The position numbers and the translations under genes are program-made. Positions 1 through 8,478 of a stretch of 64,000 nt of DNA are shown piece after piece (position 1 is the first letter of the stretch; each line of letters opens with the position of its first letter). The notes beneath the pieces are model-generated. The model was given only the letters and a program-made list of their open reading frames with translations, was not told where the DNA came from and ran no database searches. The stretch is taken from assembly GCA_963755915.1 (NCBI GenBank), contig CAVWLP010000002.1, positions 3,776,001 through 3,840,000 of the forward strand, written 5' to 3'. Source of the stretch: an uncultured Phycisphaerales bacterium (GTDB lineage: Bacteria > Planctomycetota > Phycisphaerae > Tepidisphaerales > Tepidisphaeraceae).

Positions 1-100
1 TCCCCCCAAGCACCGAAAGCCCTCCCAGCACCAGATAAATAATCGCGATCGCCCGCAACACCGGATATCGGCCGCCGCTGCTGAAATGCACACGCTGCAT
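1..100 (-). CDS. 5' part of a membrane protein running off the window edge (MQRVHFSSGGRYPVLRAIAIIYLVLGGLSVLGG...)
   Basis: Read by hand: ATG at 100 on the minus strand preceded by a GGAGG Shine-Dalgarno; open to base 1; hydrophobic helix. Confidence 0.7.
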   Translation of the reverse strand, partial: MQRVHFSSGGRYPVLRAIAIIYLVLGGLSVLGG

Positions 101-271
101 AAAACCTCCGCGGTATGAGCTCATTCCCCCGAAGCCCCCAACCATCGGAATTTTACCGCGCGCATAAACCAGCGCGAACGTTTTTTCGCATAATTTTGAG
201 CGTCATCGGCCCCGGTAGTCGTGCCGGAACGCTCATGGCGCAGTGAGTTCGCTGGTATAATCGCCGCGCAA

Positions 272-1000
272 ATGGGCGAAATCGACTATTCCACCTCCCA
301 CCGCCTCACCAACTGCCCGCGCTGCGACTATTCCCTCCTCGGTCTTCCCGACTCCGGCGTCTGCCCCGAATGCGGCCAGCCCTACGGCACCCACGAAATC
401 TACCTCTACGGCAACGCCACGGGCACAAAAATAAGCTTCTGGAATGCCTACATGCCGGGCCTCCTGGCTCCCATATCGACTCTCCTGGCCGTAACTGTAT
501 GCGGCTATATATTCTTCTGGCCCGGCCGATACACATATCCCGACCCGTTATTCTTCTTGTGTTTAGTCCTCCTCGCCGCGGGCAGCGTCGTATCCATCTG
601 GCGTCGATTCACCGATCAAGGCTCCGGCGTCGTCCAGGTCCGCCTCTCCCCAATTGGCGTCCGCCAGGGCACGCGCGGCCTCGGCCCCAAACCTTACGAA
701 GCCAACATGGACGGCAAGCTCATCCCCTGGACCCAAATCGAAGAAGCCGAACTCGCCTGGCGCGACGGCAAGGCCCTCATCCGCCTATCGACCGAAAAAT
801 CTTTCTTCCGCCTCTACAAGGAATATGTCCACGCCACTTTCCCCAGTGATCGCGACCGTTTTTACGACGTGAAAAATTATCTCCGCTACTGGCTTACCCA
901 AAACAACTCTTTCAGCGCCATCGATTTCCTCGAACACCGCCGCCGCCCTATTCATCGAAAGCTGCGCCGGCTCGGCTCGCTTCTGCGCAGGCAATCCTGA
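272..1000 (+). CDS. Hypothetical membrane protein with N-terminal zinc ribbon (CPRCDYSL..CPECG) and two TM helices
   Basis: ORF 221..1000; ATG 272 preferred because TATAAT lies at 256-261; CxxC-x-CxxC motif. Confidence 0.75.
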   Translation: MGEIDYSTSHRLTNCPRCDYSLLGLPDSGVCPECGQPYGTHEIYLYGNATGTKISFWNAYMPGLLAPISTLLAVTVCGYIFFWPGRYTYPDPLFFLCLVLLAAGSVVSIWRRFTDQGSGVVQVRLSPIGVRQGTRGLGPKPYEANMDGKLIPWTQIEEAELAWRDGKALIRLSTEKSFFRLYKEYVHATFPSDRDRFYDVKNYLRYWLTQNNSFSAIDFLEHRRRPIHRKLRRLGSLLRRQS

Positions 1001-1302
1001 AGAAATTCCCGAAAATCTTTTTGCGAAAGATCGCATTTTTCGGTTGCGTCTTACGCCCACCAAACTAAATTCGCTTCCAGGAGAAATGCCGTATTTTCTC
1101 CGCTGGTTCCGGGCAAAATTTAGAGGATTTTGGCTAAAAACGCCCCGTAATCCGCAGGATCATTCCGATCCGGCTGATCCTCACAACCGGCACACTGTAT
1201 CGCCGGACTGAGAAATTTTCTTTTTAGGCAAACAACCAGTTCACCCCTGGCTCACCAGCCGCCGGGTCACCACCGATACCCCCTTAGGAGGAGACTATCG
1301 CC

Positions 1303-3447
1303 ATGTTGGAATCACTCGAGAATCGCGTTTTGTTGTCCGGCGAAACCGGGTTGCGTGCCGATTACTTTAACGCATCCACCGACCTCTTCAACGCCCAGAA
1401 TGCCTCGGTCGGCGCTCTCCCCGCCGTCACCGAAACCGATCAGACCGTGAATTTCAACTGGGGCGCCTCCGCGCCTGTTTCCGGAGTCAACTCCAGCGCC
1501 TTCGAAGTCCGCTGGAGCGGACAGGTCCTTTCCACGACTGCCGGAAGCTACACCTTCAGCGTTCAGACCAACGCCACCGTGCGTCTCTACATAAACAATC
1601 AGCTTGTCATCAACGACTGGACGCCGCAGTCATCCGCCAGCAATTACGTCAGCACGCCCATCACCCTCGCGGCCAACACGATGTACAACATCCGCCTCGA
1701 CATCTATCAGCCCAACGCCGCCGCCGACAATTCCGTCGCGCTCGAGTGGCAAGCCCCCGGCAGCTCCACGCCGCAGGTCATTCCTGCCGCAAATCTCTTC
1801 CCCTTCATGCAGGCGACTTCAATCACTTCCGGCGGCCTCTACGTCGGAAGCTGGTACGACACCAATCCCAACGACGTCGTCGTCGAAGACAGCACCACAG
1901 CGCCGGTCACCATCGCCGACTCCACCATCGAAGGCAGCGGCACCCTCATCAGCGATACCCTCGCCGGCGTCAATCTCACCGTCCAGGACTCCTACGGCTA
2001 CGGCCTGAACCCCAACCAGGCGGGCGTCGAAAAAGGCAGCTTCCTCTACCTCATGAGCCCCTCCAACGTCGACATCCAGCACAACAGCATCATCGGCGTC
2101 GGTGGACTCGGCACCAAGATCTACGGCTTCGACGCCACCGGCAGCGGAACCATCAAGATCGATTACAACGACATCCTCAACAGCGACGGCCGCTTTTCCG
2201 ACGGCAACGGCGGATACGAAGACACCGGCGTCATGACCCACTCCATCCAGCTTGCCAACATCTACAACCTCGCCGGCATCGACATCGGCTGGAACGAAAT
2301 CATTAACCAGCCCGGCCAGAGCTACGTCAACGACGTCATCAACCTCTTCGACACCAGCGGCACGCAAGGCAGCCCCGTCAACGTCCACGACAATTACATC
2401 GACGGCCTCTATTCACTCGACACCGCCACCACCTGGGACAGCGGCTCCGGAATCACGACGGATGGCGATCCCAGCCTCGCCATCGAGCCCGCCTACATCA
2501 ACATCCACAACAACACCATCGTCCAGGCCGGCAGCGCCGGCATCGGCGTGCCGGACGGCCACGACATCTCCGTCTACGACAACTACCTCGTCTGCTGCGG
2601 ATATCTGCCGGATGGCACCGAGTTCTTTGCCAGCGGCACCGGCATCTACATCAACGATCTCAACGGCGGCAACTCTTCGATCTTTTACAACAACGGCGCC
2701 TACGACAACACCGTCGGCTGGATCCAGCCCCCGCACAGCCAGCAAAACGGCGGCAGCACTTCCGTGCAAAGCGATTACTCGCTGCCCGATGCCGACCCCG
2801 CACTCACCTACGGCAACGTCGATCTCGCCGGCCCCATCACGACAGCCACGGAAAACGCCGCCACGGCTGCGTGGATCTCTCAGCTTGGGGCAACGGGCCT
2901 TACCGTCGGCGCCATACTTCCGACGGCCGCATCAGGTTCCAGCGGCTCCGGCTCAGGCGGTACCCCCGTTATCAGTCCCGCGCCGACCGGTAACACCGGC
3001 TCCGGCTCCAGTTCCTCCGCATCGGGCTCCTCCGGATCCAGTTCGTCAGGCTCCGGTTCATCCGCCTCCGGAACGTCCGGCTCGTCCTCCAGCGGCAGCT
3101 CGTCGACAGGCAGCAGTTCAAGCGGCTCCAGCTCCGCCGGCAGCTCCTCCAGCGGAAGTTCTTCCAGCGGCTCCGGCTCTTCTTCCTCCGGCTCAACACT
3201 CGCCGGCACCGGGTCGTCCTCTTCCGGCACATCCTCCAGCGGCTCCAGCTCCTCTGGCAGTTCTTCCGGCAGCTCGACGAACAGCGACCCCACACCGACT
3301 CCCCGTCGCTGGCGCACCCGGCGCAGCGGATCCTACGCCGCCTCTTCCACTGCGGTCGCCGCCTCAACTTTCGAGCCCACGAATTTCGTTTACGTCTTTA
3401 ACACCACCGATCACCACCACCAGTGGAAACGCATCCTCGCGGCGTGA
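1303..3447 (+). CDS. Secreted protein: LEPR-XLL-like N-terminus, PA14 domain, right-handed beta-helix region, long Ser/Gly-rich tail
   Basis: LESLENRVLLS start; GLRADYFN..NFNWG..FEVRWSGQV PA14 motifs; repeated NIxIxxN beta-helix motifs; AGGAGGAG RBS. Confidence 0.8.
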   Translation: MLESLENRVLLSGETGLRADYFNASTDLFNAQNASVGALPAVTETDQTVNFNWGASAPVSGVNSSAFEVRWSGQVLSTTAGSYTFSVQTNATVRLYINNQLVINDWTPQSSASNYVSTPITLAANTMYNIRLDIYQPNAAADNSVALEWQAPGSSTPQVIPAANLFPFMQATSITSGGLYVGSWYDTNPNDVVVEDSTTAPVTIADSTIEGSGTLISDTLAGVNLTVQDSYGYGLNPNQAGVEKGSFLYLMSPSNVDIQHNSIIGVGGLGTKIYGFDATGSGTIKIDYNDILNSDGRFSDGNGGYEDTGVMTHSIQLANIYNLAGIDIGWNEIINQPGQSYVNDVINLFDTSGTQGSPVNVHDNYIDGLYSLDTATTWDSGSGITTDGDPSLAIEPAYINIHNNTIVQAGSAGIGVPDGHDISVYDNYLVCCGYLPDGTEFFASGTGIYINDLNGGNSSIFYNNGAYDNTVGWIQPPHSQQNGGSTSVQSDYSLPDADPALTYGNVDLAGPITTATENAATAAWISQLGATGLTVGAILPTAASGSSGSGSGGTPVISPAPTGNTGSGSSSSASGSSGSSSSGSGSSASGTSGSSSSGSSSTGSSSSGSSSAGSSSSGSSSSGSGSSSSGSTLAGTGSSSSGTSSSGSSSSGSSSGSSTNSDPTPTPRRWRTRRSGSYAASSTAVAASTFEPTNFVYVFNTTDHHHQWKRILAA

Positions 3448-3451
3448 GACC

Positions 3452-3486
3452 AAAAAAAGGAGCCTGGATTTTCCACCAGGCTCCTT
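3452..3486 (-). terminator. Intrinsic terminator between convergent genes
   Basis: AAGGAGCCTGG (3457-3467) / CCAGGCTCCTT (3476-3486) perfect stem with an A-run on the left (U-tract for the minus-strand gene). Confidence 0.8.
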
Positions 3487-3507
3487 CAGAGGGTCAAGAC
3501 ATATATC

Positions 3508-4272
3508 CTACGATTGCCGCTGACCGTGCTTGCGCTTCAGCAGCAGCAGCGACGTGATCCCGATAAGCGACGCACTGGCAGGTTCCGGCACGACCGGAAC
3601 CGCGCTGACGCGCACGTCGTCATAGATACCCTGTTCGTGCGCCCCGGCCGTATCCTCCATCAGCAGGATCGTTAGATCGCCGCTGACGCTTGCTCCCGTC
3701 GTCGTCGAAACGGAATAGTCCGTGAATGATCCGTTGGCAGGCGTAATCGTTGGCGAGGAAGCCAGCACCGTTCCGCTCACCGCGATGTTGTTCGACGAGC
3801 CACTGAGCGTGTTCGTGCCGTTCAATAGTTCCAGCGTGTCGGTCGGCTGCGCGTTCCCCGAGCCTGTCCCGCCGTAAGCGGTCCCGCCCGGAGCAGCGAC
3901 TGAAACGGTCAGGGTGTAAGTCGTGTTGGCCGCCAGCGATCCGATATCCTGATAGAGGTAGTTGCCCGCGCCGTTCACCCACCCGTCTTGCGGCGTGCCA
4001 TCCGGACTATTGCCGGTGAGCTGCGCATTGGTATTGGCCTGCACACCCGAGTCGTGATCCACGCTGGTGTTGGCAAAATAATACCCCCATCCCCAGAAGC
4101 CGGAATTCGACGGATTGTTGATCGCGCCATTCGAATCATCGATGTAGCCGCTGGTCACCGGCGATTCAAACGAAGCATTGGTCACCGTGACGGCCATCGC
4201 CGACTTGGCCCCCAGCGCCACACCCGCACCCAGAAATAGGGCGAAAATACCTTTCGCACGTCCCGCTCCCAT
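3508..4272 (-). CDS. PEP-CTERM sorting-domain protein
   Basis: Signal peptide, NASFE motif, C-terminal VPEPASASLIGITSLLLLKRK; GGAGG RBS before ATG 4272. Confidence 0.85.
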   Translation of the reverse strand: MGAGRAKGIFALFLGAGVALGAKSAMAVTVTNASFESPVTSGYIDDSNGAINNPSNSGFWGWGYYFANTSVDHDSGVQANTNAQLTGNSPDGTPQDGWVNGAGNYLYQDIGSLAANTTYTLTVSVAAPGGTAYGGTGSGNAQPTDTLELLNGTNTLSGSSNNIAVSGTVLASSPTITPANGSFTDYSVSTTTGASVSGDLTILLMEDTAGAHEQGIYDDVRVSAVPVVPEPASASLIGITSLLLLKRKHGQRQS

Positions 4273-4675
4273 ATGTACCTCCAGTAGAAATGAGTTGTCG
4301 TGAAGGGCGAACCTGAAACGCGCACCCACAGCAGGCACGAGCCACCGCTATGAGGCCGCGCACTCCCAATTGCCCGATGCGCTAGCCGCCGGCGAAAGGG
4401 CGCTGGCGTCCGCTATCGCACACATCCATACGGCCCGCATCCCGCAATTTGGACAGCAAATGTCGCGAACCCAGAAAATCAGAATTTAAACGCTCACGGG
4501 CCAATCCGGCCGCAAAGGCCATCGCTACGCCGCTGCAACGAGCGATCAGACCACAGGCTCATCACAATCCTGGACCCTCGACACGAGCTACGGCAAGGAC
4601 AACTATCGCCACTGGCGGTCGAAGTCGTATGTATTCCTTATGGGATTAAACAACATCGCGCCCCTGCGCCCTTTA

Positions 4676-4819
4676 TTCCCTCCCCTGGCACGCCGTGAGC
4701 CTGTCGAACGGTACTCCGGCCTTCGGCTCTGAGGCTCAGGCTCGAAGAGGGGAGGGTGAGGGAGGGGGTCCCGCGTTCTACTGCTCTACTCTCTACTGTT
4801 CTATCCTCTCGCGCAGCGC
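4676..4819. repeat. Mosaic of nested REP-like palindromes plus a TCTACTG-type heptamer tract
   Basis: CCCTCCCC..GTACTCCG..GGGGAGGGTGAGGGAGGGGGTC frame (as at 34413 and 49747) interrupted by CCGTGAGCCTGTCGAACGG and CCTTCGGCTCTGAGGCTCAGGCTCGAAG; the tract at 4776-4819 recurs at 46432-46485. Confidence 0.6.
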
Positions 4820-4870
4820 CGCTACACGGCCCAAATGAAAGCGCCATCTCTTCGCGCCTCCGCGCCTCTG

Positions 4871-6843
4871 GTGCGTCAGTGAAACCGGTTTTGTCTTGTG
4901 AACTGAAAGGAGTTCACCATGGAATGACCCGTTAGCCGTGTAGCCGCCCGGGCGTGACGACGGAGCAATCGGTCGCGCGAAGCCCCGGAAGGCGAAGGCG
5001 CGAGCCATAGCGTTAAGCGAACCCAAACCAGCCTCGTTACGCCAATGGGAGTGGCCAACCCGTCAGAGAGGGCCAAGCCGGCGCGGACGATGAAGCAGCG
5101 GGTGCGAGCAATCGTCCGGCTCCTCGGGGTCGATGGGGACGGCGCGTGCCGACAGACAAGATCGGGAACTGAGAGACCCCACGCATCGTTGTGCGGCTCG
5201 TTGGAAAGACATAACCAAGGGACGGGAAGCGTGGGGAGTCGGATGGGCTCATAGTAGCTGAGAAGCGGGGTAATGCCCGTGAGCGGAGGCGAAGCCTGCC
5301 GCGAGCCAAGGAGCCCTGACGGTATCGAGCGGAAGTAAGAAGAAGAGAGGCCCGCTTGCAGGGACAACCTGACAGTACGGATGATCCGACAGACTTGCCG
5401 GAGCACCTGAGGGTGAACTCCAGGGGTCTGCCGGGGAAAGTCTTTCTTCTGAGACAGAAGCTATACCTCAAAGCCAAGCGGGAACCGGGGTTTCGGTTTT
5501 ACACCTTGTACGACCGGATCTGCCGGCGCGATGTTCTGGAAGCGGCGTGGGACCGGGTGTCCGCCAACGGCGGGGCGCCCGGCTTGGACGGGGTGAGCAT
5601 CGAGAAGGTGCAAAACTCCGAGCACGGCGTCAGTGGATTCCTGAGCGAGATCGAAGAATCGCTCAAGACCCGCACCTACCGCCCGCAGCCGGTGAAGCGC
5701 GTGTACATTCCCAAAGCCAACGGCAAGCGGCGTCCATTGGGCATCCCCACGATCCGAGATCGCGTGGTGCAGATGGCGGTGCTGCTGCTCATCGAGCCGA
5801 TCTTCGAGGCGGATTTCCTGGACTGTTCGTATGGATTCCGTCCCGGTCGCTCGGCTCACGATGCGCTGGAGGCGATCAAGCAAAACCTCCAGCAGGGCCG
5901 AAGGGAAGTGTATGACGCGGATTTGCAGTCGTACTTCGACACGATTCCCCATGAGAAACTGATGGCGTGTGTCCAGAAGCGGATCACGGACGGAAGCGTG
6001 CTGAAGCTGATCCGGATGTGGCTGAAGGCGGTGATCGTCGAAGAAGGCGAGAAGCCCGGCGATCCACCGAAAGTCACCCGGAGCAAACAGGGAACGCCGC
6101 AGGGCGGAGTGATCTCGCCGCTGCTGGCCAACCTATATCTGCACTGGTTTGATAAATTGTTCCACCGATCCGATGGCCCGCATCGCTGGGCGAACGCCCG
6201 GCTGATCCGGTACGCCGACGACTTTGTCATCATGGCAAGGTATATAGGCCCTCAGATCAAGCAGTTCGTGGAACGCACGCTGCAAGGCCGGTTTGATCTG
6301 ACGATCAACACCGACAAGACCCGCACGGTGAAGTTGAAAGAGCCGGGCGAAAGTCTGAACTTTCTCGGGTACAGGTTCCGGTACGACCGGAGCCTGCAAG
6401 GCGGGCCGGGGCGTTATCTGAACCTCTGTCCTTCGAGCAAGTCGATGCAGCGTGAGCGGGACAAATTGCGGGAGATGACCGGACCCGAAGCAGGCTTTGT
6501 GCCCATCCCGGCGTTGATCGTACAGATCAACGAGCACCTGAGAGGATGGGCCAACTACTTCGGCAAAGGCTATCCGCGCAAGGCGTTCCGTCAGATCAAC
6601 CGATTTGTGCAGGAGCGACTGGAACGACACCTTAAACGTCGCAGCCAGCGTCCGTTCCGTGTGCGCGGAGCGAGGAGCTGGTACGAACAGTTGCAGCGTC
6701 TGGGCCTCATCAGCCTGCGACCTGTTCCGACCGTGAATGCTTGAGAAGAACAATACCGTGAGAGCCGGATGCGGGAAACCCGCTCGTCCGGTTCGAAGAG
6801 GGAGAGCTGAGCGGCAATCGGGTCGTTCAGTTCTCTACTCTAC
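4871..6843 (+). mobile_element. Complete group II intron (IIB-like ribozyme, RT/maturase ORF in domain IV)
   Basis: 5' GTGCG at 4871; domain V GAGCCGGATGCGGGAAACCCGCTCGTCCGGTTC (6762-6794) with AGC triad; domain VI hairpin ending CTCTAC at 6843; the flanks rejoin into one palindrome. Confidence 0.92.
5356..6744 (+). CDS. ltrA: Group II intron reverse transcriptase/maturase, no endonuclease domain
   Basis: [45 protein letters not shown] and maturase X-domain (LRGWANYF) motifs; no C-terminal HNH; start codon uncertain. Confidence 0.95.
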   Translation: MQGQPDSTDDPTDLPEHLRVNSRGLPGKVFLLRQKLYLKAKREPGFRFYTLYDRICRRDVLEAAWDRVSANGGAPGLDGVSIEKVQNSEHGVSGFLSEIEESLKTRTYRPQPVKRVYIPKANGKRRPLGIPTIRDRVVQMAVLLLIEPIFEADFLDCSYGFRPGRSAHDALEAIKQNLQQGRREVYDADLQSYFDTIPHEKLMACVQKRITDGSVLKLIRMWLKAVIVEEGEKPGDPPKVTRSKQGTPQGGVISPLLANLYLHWFDKLFHRSDGPHRWANARLIRYADDFVIMARYIGPQIKQFVERTLQGRFDLTINTDKTRTVKLKEPGESLNFLGYRFRYDRSLQGGPGRYLNLCPSSKSMQRERDKLREMTGPEAGFVPIPALIVQINEHLRGWANYFGKGYPRKAFRQINRFVQERLERHLKRRSQRPFRVRGARSWYEQLQRLGLISLRPVPTVNA

Positions 6844-6917
6844 CGCGAAACCAATGTATTTTGAAGAAGATTTCGCGTAGAGGCGCAGAGGCGAGACTGG
6901 AAATCGGGACACGAAGA

Positions 6918-6933
6918 CCGGGACAGCTCTGAA
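6918..6933 (+). repeat. Partial copy (R1) of the 31-bp repeat
   Basis: CCGGGACAGCTCTGAA identical to the core of 7723-7753. Confidence 0.75.
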
Positions 6934-6978
6934 CACGCGAGATTTCAGCAAAGCGATGGCCTTCCGGTGGATTTGTGG

Positions 6979-7016
6979 TAAGAAACAAGGACGGGCCCCC
7001 ACGACCTTGTTTCTTA
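6979..7016. repeat. Hairpin with perfect 12-bp arms
   Basis: TAAGAAACAAGG (6979-6990) / CCTTGTTTCTTA (7005-7016). Confidence 0.75.
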
Positions 7017-7182
7017 GAGCGTGTTATGCACTTTACCATGCCCCGCGACGGCACGGAATCGGCCCATCTGCGTCGTCGCAACGGCTCGAGGGGTCGATAT
7101 AGACCCGGTTCTCGCCATTGCTCCTAGCGTCTGGGCCGATTCCGTGCCGTCGCGGGGCATGGTAAAGTGCATAACACGCTCT
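7016..7182. mobile_element. MITE-like element, 167 bp, with perfect 51-bp terminal inverted repeats
   Basis: 7016-7066 is the exact reverse complement of 7132-7182; no internal gene. Confidence 0.7.
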
Positions 7183-7196
7183 GGGTGGACCAAAAC

Positions 7197-7748
7197 ATGG
7201 AAATCAAAGGTGAAACCTATTTGTACGCATTGGCTGGTGTGATGATCACGTTCGCCGGGTTCTCGGCACTCTTGTTGGCCCTCAGGCCGGCAGCTGGAGC
7301 GAAGTTGTCACTGCTTGACAGATACCTTGCAAAAACGGTCATGACCGACATTTTCGTATTGACGGCGGGAGCGCTGCTGCCGGCGCTATTGGCGCTCTAC
7401 GACGTTCAGGAAAAGTGGATTTGGCGAGGCTCTGCTGTTCTTTTTGCGCTGCCGATGCTGTCTCTTCAGGTCACCTTTCCGCTCCGACGCCGCAAGGCGG
7501 TCGGCAAAGGACCGCCGCCCGCGGTATTTGCGGTCTTGGTTGTAATCGGCTCCGCCGTGACACTGGCGATGCTTGGCTACATTTTAGAAGGCCTCCAATA
7601 CAGCGCCGCGGTCTACATCACGGCGTTGACGATCGACTTCTTTACGGTCGTTTTCAGCTTCGTGATCGCGCTCGATGTCATTATGCAACAACCATTGGAA
7701 GTGCCGGAGCGACCGGCGCCGCAGAGCCGAAAACCGGGACAGCTCTGA
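7197..7748 (+). CDS. Hypothetical multi-pass membrane protein
   Basis: ORF 7167..7748, likely ATG 7197; about 5 hydrophobic helices; stop codon lies inside the 31-bp repeat. Confidence 0.75.
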   Translation: MEIKGETYLYALAGVMITFAGFSALLLALRPAAGAKLSLLDRYLAKTVMTDIFVLTAGALLPALLALYDVQEKWIWRGSAVLFALPMLSLQVTFPLRRRKAVGKGPPPAVFAVLVVIGSAVTLAMLGYILEGLQYSAAVYITALTIDFFTVVFSFVIALDVIMQQPLEVPERPAPQSRKPGQL

Positions 7749-7753
7749 ATTAC
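7723..7753 (+). repeat. 31-bp repeat R2
   Basis: AGAGCCGAAAACCGGGACAGCTCTGAATTAC; 29/31 identical to 8169-8199. Confidence 0.85.
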
Positions 7754-7824
7754 AATCAGTGATGACCCCTTGTCCGCTTCGGACCTTGGCTAGATTGATG
7801 TGTTGAATTAAATTAGGACGCCCG

Positions 7825-8138
7825 ATGTTCATAGCATTAATTTTCTTGTTGGGCGCAAGCAGTTTTTCGCTTATTTCTGCGTTTTTCCCTCAATGGAATT
7901 TGCGGTGGGGAGGCGCGCAGGACCATCGTTTACCAATTGTGTCCCCGTAAGCGTAGTAGGCAGAGTGGGGTTTGCGATCTACTTCCTGTGCTGCGCCGTC
8001 GTCTTGATTGTCGCCTCATCCAGGCCATCACTTTGGCACCCGATGATCGGTATCTTAGTAATCCTTGTGGCTGCCATGTACACGGTTTACCTGCGCGATA
8101 GACGGCGTTGGCGAATTGAGGTGGAGCGTTCTAAGTAA
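7825..8138 (+). CDS. Small membrane protein, probably frameshifted in the G-run near 7905-7912
   Basis: MFIALIFLLGASSFSLISAFFPQWNLRWG (ATG 7825) joins ORF 7893..8138 (RRAGPSF...two TM helices). Confidence 0.55.
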
Positions 8139-8168
8139 AAATGATGTAAGGGCGCGGCGCAATGAATT

Positions 8169-8199
8169 AGAGCCGAAAAACGGGACGGCTCTGAATTAC
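8169..8199 (+). repeat. 31-bp repeat R3
   Basis: AGAGCCGAAAAACGGGACGGCTCTGAATTAC with internal AGAGCCG/CGGCTCT stem. Confidence 0.85.
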
Positions 8200-8240
8200 T
8201 GGTGACGGAAACTATAATCCACATATGAAATCTAAATAAG

Positions 8241-8312
8241 ACCACAGATTACACGGATATCATGGATAAGAGAAGAACCGTCGCATTTCTCTTATCCGTG
8301 AAATCCGTGGTT
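8241..8312. repeat. REP-like imperfect palindrome
   Basis: ACCACAGATT..CATGGATAAGAGAA / TTCTCTTATCCGTGAAATCCGTGGT. Confidence 0.65.
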
Positions 8313-8478
8313 CAACTCCCTGCCAAGCCGCTCTCTCTCCGCCCGCCAAATGTTACACTCTCGTCCCTGTTTTATAGTCATAAAACCGCGCCCGATCACC
8401 CCGCAACTCCTCTGGCCCCAGAGTTTTACTTCAACCGACCGCATAAGTTAGCATACACTTTCAAAATCGCGTAAAACG

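Noticed and set aside
1188-1203. sigma54-like GGCAC motif before the PA14 gene (also TGGCAC near 50982)
   Set aside because: Required GG-N10-GC spacing or the -12 GC is not met
2930-3290. Ser/Gly codon repeats as a non-coding repeat array, and the antisense Glu/Pro-rich ORF 2880..3317
   Set aside because: Low-complexity coding tract of the plus-strand gene; the antisense ORF is its shadow
4460-4733. Possible gene remnant (MSRTQKIRI*TLTGQSGRKGHRY..)
   Set aside because: Internal stop, no recognisable family, and it runs into the REP mosaic
4695-4800. Resemblance to a second group II intron 3' end (GAGCCTG..CAGGCTC-GAAGAGGGGAG..CTCTAC)
   Set aside because: The internal sequence does not fit domain V length or its GNRA loop, and every part is explained by REP units found elsewhere in the window
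5356-6744. Retron, DGR or defence-associated RT
   Set aside because: Maturase domain and complete intron boundaries with domains V and VI identify a group II intron; no template/variable repeat pair seen
6918-8199. CRISPR array or integron attC interpretation of the 31-bp repeats
   Set aside because: Spacers are about 415-790 bp and contain genes; no cas or intI genes; no RYYYAAC/GTTRRRY ends
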